A stretch of 12,552 nucleotides of DNA from Planctomycetota bacterium (GTDB taxonomy: Bacteria > Planctomycetota > GCA-002687715 > DRQF01): positions 1 through 12,552 of the forward strand of contig JAZGFI010000077.1 in NCBI GenBank assembly GCA_036479435.1. Reading direction: 5' to 3'. This document shows positions 1-6,233 of the stretch, piece by piece. How positions within the stretch are numbered: the first letter of the stretch is position 1; each line of letters starts with the position of its first letter. The position numbers were made by a program, and so were the translations under genes. A model generated the notes under the pieces. It searched no databases. It worked only from the letters and a program-made list of their open reading frames with translations, and was not told where the DNA came from.

Positions 1-33
1 CACGCCCATTACAAATTCGCTATCGTCACTCAT
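1..33 (-). CDS. 5' end of a gene running off the left edge (MSDDSEFVMGV...); product cannot be determined
   Basis: ATG at 33..31 on the minus strand, with GGAG (44..41) 7 nt upstream. Eleven open codons reach the window edge. Same orientation as lysS and downstream of it. Confidence 0.5.
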   Translation of the reverse strand, partial: MSDDSEFVMGV

Positions 34-118
34 GGCCGGTCTCCGCTTTTGTTTTGAGAAAAACACTGAGCCCCATTTTAGGTGAGCTCGACGACGGAGG
101 CCGGCCCTCTCATCTCAT

Positions 119-144
119 CTGGCACCCTGGCACCCTGGCACCCT
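119..144. repeat. 8-bp tandem repeat (CTGGCACC)x3 + CT abutting the lysS stop codon
   Basis: Read directly: ctggcacc ctggcacc ctggcacc ct at 119..144. Confidence 0.9.
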
Positions 145-1609
145 ACTCGGGTTTTAGGAGTGGGAAGAGGACGACGTCTTTGAGGTTGTCCTGGTCGGAG
201 ATGAGGGCGCAGAAGCGGTCGATGCCCATGCCGAAGCCGGACATGGGGGGCATGCCGTGCTCCATCGCGAGGAGGTAGTCCTCGTCCATGGGCATGGCGT
301 CGTCGTCGCCGCTTTCCTTGAGACTCGCCTGATCCTCCAAGCGACTGCGTTGGTCGAGCGGGTCGACAAGCTCTGAGTAGGCGTTGACCACTTCCCAACC
401 GCGGATGACGAGTTGGAAGCGATCTGCGACTTTCGGGTTGTCGTCGTTGCGGCGCGCAAGCGGCGACAGGTCGATTGGGTGCTGCGTGACGAAGATTGGC
501 TGGATGAGTTTTGGGCGACTGACCTTTTTGTAGAGCTGGTCGATGAGGTTGCCGCGGCCCATGTTCTCGACGCCTTCGAGCGTAATTCCCTTGGCAGCGA
601 TGGCCGCACGGAGCGAATCGGCATCGCTGAAAGCGTCGATGTCGAGGTCGATGTCGCCGAGGATGAGATCGCGGAAAGGCTTACGCGGCCAGTTGCCGGA
701 AAAGTCGATCTCGTTGTCGCCGATCTTGATCTTTAGGGTGCCGAAGAGCTCCTGCAGGGTGTGCTGCACCAGCTTTTCGGTGAAGTCCATGTTGTCTTCG
801 TAGTTCCAGTAGGCGCCGTAATACTCCAGCATCGTGAAGTCTTGCAGGTGAGAGGGGTCCATGCCCTCGTTGCGGAAGCAGCGCGCAAACTCAAACACCC
901 GATCGAAACCGCCCACGATGAGGCGCTTCAAGTAGGTCTCGGGCGCAATCCTCAAAAACACCTCCATATCGAGGGCGTGGTGATGAGAGTTGAAGGGACG
1001 GGCGGCGGCGCCGGAAGCTTTGGTCGTCAAGATTGGCGTCTCGACTTCAATAAACTGCTGATCCTCAAGGTAGCGGCGCATGACCTGAATGAGCCGGCTG
1101 CGCATCTTGAAGCGATCCATCGACTCCGTATTCATGATCAAGTCGAGGTAGCGTTGGCGGTAGAGCAACTCGCGATCGCTGATTCCGTGCCATTTTTCGG
1201 GCAGGGGGCGCAGGGTCTTGCCGAGGTGTGTGATCGTGACCGCCGCGACCGTCGGTTCGCCCGTCTTGGTGACATAAGTTTTGCCCTTGACGCCCAAAAA
1301 GTCGCCAATGTCGACCAACTTCTTGATGATTTTGTAGAGATCCGGACCAACTTCGTCCTGACGAACGGAAACCTGGCAACGGCCGCTTTCGTCCTGCAGG
1401 GTCAAAAAGGACAGTTTGCCCATGATGCGCGCGGTGAGCACGCGACCGGCGATCGCGACATCCTCGCTGCCCTCGGGCATGGCCCGCGCCTCGGCGAGGC
1501 GGTGACTGCGCTCAAATCGCTCCGGATAGGGGTTTATCCCCTGTTCGCGGAGGCGATTGGTTTTGTCGATACGCACGCGACGGTATTCATTGTCGGAACC
1601 ACCGGACAT
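143..1609 (-). CDS. lysS: lysine--tRNA ligase (class IIb LysRS)
   Basis: 488 aa. N-terminal OB-fold anticodon domain (AGRVLTARIMGKLSF...DIGDFLGVKG), LRPLPEKWHG, YRQRYLDLI, FIEVETPIL, LRIAPETYLKRLIVGG, motif 2 FRNEG, motif 3 GMPPMSGFGMGIDR and C-terminal DVVLFP. SD-like AGGGGAG upstream of the ATG. Confidence 0.98.
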   Translation of the reverse strand: MSGGSDNEYRRVRIDKTNRLREQGINPYPERFERSHRLAEARAMPEGSEDVAIAGRVLTARIMGKLSFLTLQDESGRCQVSVRQDEVGPDLYKIIKKLVDIGDFLGVKGKTYVTKTGEPTVAAVTITHLGKTLRPLPEKWHGISDRELLYRQRYLDLIMNTESMDRFKMRSRLIQVMRRYLEDQQFIEVETPILTTKASGAAARPFNSHHHALDMEVFLRIAPETYLKRLIVGGFDRVFEFARCFRNEGMDPSHLQDFTMLEYYGAYWNYEDNMDFTEKLVQHTLQELFGTLKIKIGDNEIDFSGNWPRKPFRDLILGDIDLDIDAFSDADSLRAAIAAKGITLEGVENMGRGNLIDQLYKKVSRPKLIQPIFVTQHPIDLSPLARRNDDNPKVADRFQLVIRGWEVVNAYSELVDPLDQRSRLEDQASLKESGDDDAMPMDEDYLLAMEHGMPPMSGFGMGIDRFCALISDQDNLKDVVLFPLLKPE

Positions 1610-1652
1610 GGGCTTTCTCCCCTAATTCGCTTCTAAGCTGGTCTGAGCGCGG

Positions 1653-1661
1653 AGTATAGCA
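1653..1661 (-). promoter_or_regulatory. putative extended -10 promoter for lysS (TGcTATACT)
   Basis: Reverse complement of agtatagca (1653..1661) is TGCTATACT, about 45 nt upstream of the lysS ATG. Motif match only. Confidence 0.5.
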
Positions 1662-1722
1662 GCGAAGGGCCAAGGCTAAAGATCCTCTAGGCGAGAGGTG
1701 ATTAGGATCGTAAAGAGCAACG

Positions 1723-1751
1723 TTGGGCTCGGGCGACTCCCAATCTATAAT
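1723..1751 (+). promoter_or_regulatory. putative sigma70-type promoter for the TPR gene
   Basis: TTGGGC (1723..1728), 17-bp spacer, perfect TATAAT (1746..1751) in the divergent intergenic region. Confidence 0.55.
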
Positions 1752-1849
1752 TCTCGTGCTGGCGATGAGCTGGCCCGAGCGAACACCCCTGCCGTCCGCG
1801 CGGAACTAGATGTCCATGACCATGACCACGACCCGATCGGAGATTCGAG

Positions 1850-3520
1850 GTGAGATCACTTTTTTTGCTGGCGGCTTTAGCCTTGGGCTCTTTCGCGATG
1901 TGGGGGCTTTCGAGCCAAAACCTCGCCGCTAACGCGGCGACGGGCGAATCTGAACTCAGCGCGGCCAGGGCTGAGACGCTGAGCGCCGTCGACCAAGACG
2001 AGCTGGCCGAAGCTCAGGCCTTTTTGGCCGAGAAAAACTACGAAGCGGCGATCGAGAAGTTCGAGGCGATCCTCGAGAGAACTCCCAAACTGTTCGCAGC
2101 TCGCATGGGGATCGCCAAGGCGTTTTATGACTCCGGTGCCGCTTCCAGCGCCGTGTTCCACCTTGTGAAGGCCGAGAAAATCGAGCCCGACAACCTCGAA
2201 CTCAATGAGATGCTCGGCAACGCTTTCAGCCGGGCGGGAAACGAAAAAGCCAACAACCAGGTGGACCCTGCGGCAGAATTTGAGGAAGCCATCAACTCCT
2301 TTAATCGCGCCGCGAAACTCGACCCCAAAGCGCAGCGTTTTCCCAACTTTGTCGGCTGGCTCCAAGTTCAGTTGGGACGCAACGAACTAGCCGCCGAGGC
2401 TTACCTACGGGCCGCGGCTCTCACGCCGAAGGAAACCAAATATCTTCAACTCGCCGCCGACAACTACGGTTCCGCGGGCAAGATCAAAAAGGCTGAGAAA
2501 GTCATCGACCGCGCTTTGGGTCTCGCACCCACGGACGCGACCTTGCTGACGTCCAAGGCCCAGCTTCGCGAAAAGGCTGAAGACCTGAAGGGGGCCACCA
2601 AGTTCTACGTTGCGGCCCTTAGCTCAAAAATGAACAACGATACCGCTACGAGCAACTCTGCGCAGGGGCTTTATCGCGTCCACGAAGCCAAAGGCGACTG
2701 GAAGGGTTTTGCCGACCACATCAAAGATTGGGTGAAAGCTCGGCCCGCCTCGGCTCACGCGCATTGGTGGGTTGCGTTCTCGCAGCTGAAGATCGAGAAC
2801 TACAAGGGCGCTCTTGAAGCGGCAAAACGCGGCGAAAAAATTGGCGGCTGGATTGCACCTAAGGCTCTCATGCAGCAGGGCCAAGCGCTCAAAAAACTGG
2901 GCAAGATCGACGAGGCTTTAGAGGCTTTCTCTAAGGCTGCTCTCCATCCGCAGGCAAGCTGGACGGAACCGGGCAAGGGCCCCGTGTTCGAAATGCAGTC
3001 GATCGTCGGTGCCAAGTTTGGAGGTGGAGCCCTCAAAGAGGCCATTGACGTCTCTGAAAAGTGGCTTTTGCCCGCCAGCAAGTTGCCACGAGATCGTTGC
3101 GTCGTCCAACAAGACCTCGGCTTTTTCCTCAGAGACTACGCGGCTTCGATCGACGCCTCCGGGCGATCCAAGAAGTCTCAAGCGATGTTTAAGAAGTCGA
3201 GGATGTACTACAACAATGCCATCGACTTGATCCCAGAAGCGGGGAACCAGATTAGCGTTGACCTTAGGGCTGCGCTGCACAACGACTGCGGTCTCATGTA
3301 TCAGTACTACGACTTGAGAGACTACGATACGGCAGTGAGCCACTACGAAAAGGCCCTGAGTTACGTCGACAATCTCGACGACAGCCTTTTGAATTGGGGC
3401 AAGATCCACATCGAGAACAAACGATACGACGAGGCCATCGAACTCTTGTCACGTGGTTCACGAGGAGACGTGCTCGCTCAGCTAAGACGCGCCAAACGTC
3501 TCAAGAAGAACAAAAAGTAG
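1850..3520 (+). CDS. exported tetratricopeptide-repeat protein
   Basis: 556 aa, GTG start with GGAG 7 nt upstream. Hydrophobic N-terminal signal (MRSLFLLAALALGSFAMWGL). Many TPR-like units (NYEAAIEKFEAILERTP, FEEAINSFNRAAKLDP, KIDEALEAFSKA, DYDTAVSHYEKALSY, RYDEAIELL). Confidence 0.85.
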   Translation: MRSLFLLAALALGSFAMWGLSSQNLAANAATGESELSAARAETLSAVDQDELAEAQAFLAEKNYEAAIEKFEAILERTPKLFAARMGIAKAFYDSGAASSAVFHLVKAEKIEPDNLELNEMLGNAFSRAGNEKANNQVDPAAEFEEAINSFNRAAKLDPKAQRFPNFVGWLQVQLGRNELAAEAYLRAAALTPKETKYLQLAADNYGSAGKIKKAEKVIDRALGLAPTDATLLTSKAQLREKAEDLKGATKFYVAALSSKMNNDTATSNSAQGLYRVHEAKGDWKGFADHIKDWVKARPASAHAHWWVAFSQLKIENYKGALEAAKRGEKIGGWIAPKALMQQGQALKKLGKIDEALEAFSKAALHPQASWTEPGKGPVFEMQSIVGAKFGGGALKEAIDVSEKWLLPASKLPRDRCVVQQDLGFFLRDYAASIDASGRSKKSQAMFKKSRMYYNNAIDLIPEAGNQISVDLRAALHNDCGLMYQYYDLRDYDTAVSHYEKALSYVDNLDDSLLNWGKIHIENKRYDEAIELLSRGSRGDVLAQLRRAKRLKKNKK

Positions 3521-3530
3521 GGACTTAGAC

Positions 3531-4631
3531 CTATGAATTAGTTTCGACGACGGTGGACTCAGTGCCACCGTCGTTTTCTTTTGGCGCGACGGTCTGAAAG
3601 TTTGTGACCTCGCCGTCATCGGCGGGATTTGCGGCTTTCGGAGCCTCGGGCTTGACCTCGACGATGGCGTTTTGGGGCTTGCCTTCCGCGGCAGAGCTGT
3701 CGGGCTTGCGCTCACGGTGGCCATTGATGTCTGGATCAAGACGGGGAATGGGGCTGTCTAACTCGATCTCATCCGCAGCAGCTTCCGGCGCGACTTCCTC
3801 AAGTTCCTCTTCTTCATCCTCGCCTAAACCGGCCAGCGGCTCCTCTGGAATCTCGCGCGTGATCCCCATGATCTCAGCGGTCAGATTGCGATAGTCCTCC
3901 GCCCCGTTGGAATCGGGCGCGTATTGGATGACGGTTTGTCCAAAAGATGGGGCCTCGGCGAGTTTGACGTTTTGTCGAATCCGCGTCTTAAACAACAATT
4001 CCGGAAAGTGCCCGGCGATGTCATCCAGGACTTCAGCGCTCAGCCGGGTCCGCGTGTCCATACGACAAGCGACAATGCCGCCAATTCTCAGTTTGGCGTT
4101 GAGACGCTTTTTGACGAGTTCGTAAGTTTCCATGAGCTTGCTCATGCCCTGGAGCGCAAAGAACTCGGTTTGCATCGGAACGATGAGCTCGTCGGCGGCG
4201 ACCAGCGCGTTGATACTCAACAAGCCCAAAGACGGCGGGCAGTCGATGAGCACAGTGTCGAAGTCGAGCGGACACTTCGGGTCATTCGCCAGAGTTTCCA
4301 AGGCTTCTTTTAAGATCGTCTCGCGCCCCACGGTGGTCACGATCTCCATCTCGGCGCTGGAAAGGTCGATGTTGCTCGGGGCGCAGTAGAGGTTTTCGTG
4401 ACCGGTAGGGAGCAAAACGTCCACCAGCGGCCGGTCTTGCGTCAAGACGTCGTAGAGCGTGAGTTCTAGGTTGTAGATATCCAGGCCGACATGAGTGGAC
4501 AGGTTGCCCTGGGGATCGAGGTCGATCAATAAGACCTTCAGTCCCGCCTCGGCCATGGCGGCACCGACGTTGACGGACGTTGTCGTTTTGCCGACGCCGC
4601 CTTTTTGGTTGGTGATCGCTCGAATGTACAT
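3531..4631 (-). CDS. ParA/Soj-family ATPase with acidic low-complexity C-terminal extension
   Basis: Deviant Walker A NQKGGVGKTT, A' LLIDLDPQGN, Walker B LIDCPPSLG, PMQTEFFALQG and IRQNVKLAEAPSFG. The core ends near residue 255 and is followed by ~110 D/E/P/A-rich residues. No parB is adjacent, so no gene symbol is given. Confidence 0.93.
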   Translation of the reverse strand: MYIRAITNQKGGVGKTTTSVNVGAAMAEAGLKVLLIDLDPQGNLSTHVGLDIYNLELTLYDVLTQDRPLVDVLLPTGHENLYCAPSNIDLSSAEMEIVTTVGRETILKEALETLANDPKCPLDFDTVLIDCPPSLGLLSINALVAADELIVPMQTEFFALQGMSKLMETYELVKKRLNAKLRIGGIVACRMDTRTRLSAEVLDDIAGHFPELLFKTRIRQNVKLAEAPSFGQTVIQYAPDSNGAEDYRNLTAEIMGITREIPEEPLAGLGEDEEEELEEVAPEAAADEIELDSPIPRLDPDINGHRERKPDSSAAEGKPQNAIVEVKPEAPKAANPADDGEVTNFQTVAPKENDGGTESTVVETNS

Positions 4632-4656
4632 CTGGAATCCCGCCGCTTTTCCAGAT
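4630..4656. promoter_or_regulatory. 8-bp perfect inverted repeat overlapping the ParA start codon
   Basis: ATCTGGAA (4630..4637), N11, TTCCAGAT (4649..4656). The repeat is seen directly; a regulatory role is inferred. Confidence 0.4.
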
Positions 4657-4782
4657 TATGAAGGCCCCGGGAGACGAGATCAACGTGCTAGGGCCGAGAA
4701 AACCCTCGCTTGTTGGACCTTTCTCGATCTTAGATCCCCTCGTACGATGGTTCATTGAGGTCAAATTGGGGAATTCGAGCCG

Positions 4783-5517
4783 ATGGAAAGCCGCGAAAAG
4801 GCGATCCTGTTGCTTTCGGGAGGGCTGGACTCCACGGTGGCGGCCTTTATCGCCGCTGAGCGCTACGACTGCATCCAGGCCCTGAGTTTTGACTACGGCC
4901 AACGCGCATCGCGCCGCGAGCTCGGGGCGGCCTATCGTCTGGCAAACTCGCTCGAAATACCGCATCGCACCGTGTTTTTGCCCTTTTTTCGCCAAATGGA
5001 TGCCGGAGCCCTGACCGAGGTGAGGGGTGATTTGCCCACGCCGACTCTGGAGGCTCTCGACGACCCGGTGGCGGCCCAAAAGACGGCTGAGGCGGTCTGG
5101 GTGCCCAATCGCAACGGTGCGATGATTGCCGTGGGAGCGGCCTTTGCGGAAGCGGCCCCCGCGGCTGTCCTCGTCGTCGGCTTCAATGCCGAGGAGGCGG
5201 CGACTTTTCCGGACAATAGTGCCGAATTCGTAGCCACCACGAATGCGGCTCTCGCCTATTCGACGCGCAACCACGTTCGCGTGGAAGCGCCTACCCTAAC
5301 TTGGTCGAAGTCTGAGATCGTCGCGCGAGCGATGCGCGAGGATTGGCCGCTGGAGTGGGTGTGGTCGTGTTACCACGATGAGCAAAGTGACCGCAAACCT
5401 TGCGGCCGTTGCGAGTCTTGCCTTCGTTTTGAACGAGCTATTGATGAAGCCGGAGCCGGGGCAAGACAATGGTTGGAAGCACGGCGGTCTTCAAGTAAAT
5501 CGAAGCCGAAAGCCTAG
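4783..5517 (+). CDS. queC: 7-cyano-7-deazaguanine (preQ0) synthase
   Basis: 244 aa. PP-loop LLSGGLDS, FDYGQR, VWVPNRN, FPDNS, WSKSEIV and zinc ligands WSCY...PCGRCESC. Confidence 0.93.
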   Translation: MESREKAILLLSGGLDSTVAAFIAAERYDCIQALSFDYGQRASRRELGAAYRLANSLEIPHRTVFLPFFRQMDAGALTEVRGDLPTPTLEALDDPVAAQKTAEAVWVPNRNGAMIAVGAAFAEAAPAAVLVVGFNAEEAATFPDNSAEFVATTNAALAYSTRNHVRVEAPTLTWSKSEIVARAMREDWPLEWVWSCYHDEQSDRKPCGRCESCLRFERAIDEAGAGARQWLEARRSSSKSKPKA

Positions 5518-6177
5518 GTGCCGAGACGAAAGATGAACATGAGTCAACAAGCAACAATCCAGAGTCATCGGCAAGTCGCACATCCCCTTCAAGTCGGTCC
5601 CGGCATTGCTCTTGGCCGAGCTGCCGCGTTGATGCTGATTTTGCTCCTGGGCGTCTCCACGGCCTGCGAGAGCGCCGCTCCTCGTGATCCCTCCGAAGCA
5701 GGGAAGACCTCCAATCAGTATCGCAGCGCCAGCATTCGCGACATTGCCGTTTTAGCCGTCGAGAACCGAGTGCCCGAAGAAGACCTTCCCGCCGACAAGG
5801 CCTTCACCTTTCCCGAAGTCGAAGCGCGACACTTCATGCGGCGCTTTTTGATCGACGAAAAAGATTACGCCGTGCCGACGGCGGGCTGGGTTGACGCCCA
5901 AAAAGCCTCAGCCATCGACACCGATGCCGTTCTTGAGTTCGAGCTTTCGCAGTGGGATAGCTCCCGATTACACGCGCGCGGGGTCATCTACGCGGGCGGC
6001 AAATTTAGATTGCGCAGCATCAAAGGCGTCGTCGTTTGGAGCTTCGACTGCAATGACCTGCAATTGGCGGTGTCGTCGCCGCACGGTGGGCGAGCCGCCG
6101 ATCACAATATGCGAGATGCGGCCGCGATGCTCGTTAAGACCGCGCTCGCTCGGCTGCCCAAAAAACACACTGAATAG
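5518..6177 (+). CDS. probable lipoprotein of unknown function (loosely TolB-N/CsgG/DUF799-like pattern); true start may be ATG 5533 or 5539
   Basis: Hydrophobic stretch ending in a lipobox-like LLLGVSTA-C (Cys codon 5665..5667), then a linker, IAVLAVEN...DAVL...VVWS and a C-terminal helix. Fills the gap between queC and the first protease. The fold resemblance is by eye. Confidence 0.65.
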   Translation: MPRRKMNMSQQATIQSHRQVAHPLQVGPGIALGRAAALMLILLLGVSTACESAAPRDPSEAGKTSNQYRSASIRDIAVLAVENRVPEEDLPADKAFTFPEVEARHFMRRFLIDEKDYAVPTAGWVDAQKASAIDTDAVLEFELSQWDSSRLHARGVIYAGGKFRLRSIKGVVVWSFDCNDLQLAVSSPHGGRAADHNMRDAAAMLVKTALARLPKKHTE

Positions 6178-6233
6178 GGCTCAGCTGAGGTAGACTGGGG
6201 CGAGATCGTTCGCGCAGACGAAGGAATTAGCCC

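Noticed and set aside
761..1636. 291-aa plus-strand ORF antisense to lysS
   Set aside because: Shadow ORF of a well-supported GC-rich gene, with no recognisable motifs.
4282..5274. 330-aa minus-strand ORF overlapping queC and the ParA gene
   Set aside because: Arg/Gly-rich alternative-frame translation overlapping two confident genes; no domain signature.
143..5517. Functional link between lysS and queC as tRNA-related genes
   Set aside because: Queuosine modifies tRNA-Asp, Asn, His and Tyr, not tRNA-Lys, and the genes lie in separate transcription units.
4783..5517. QueC as part of a Qat, CBASS type IV or Dpd defence system
   Set aside because: Canonical size and motifs, and no cyclase, TGT-like, TatD or KAP-ATPase partner in the window.
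6180..6189. 10-bp palindrome CTCAGCTGAG between the lipoprotein and protease 1
   Set aside because: Too short to distinguish from chance, with no loop or U-tract.
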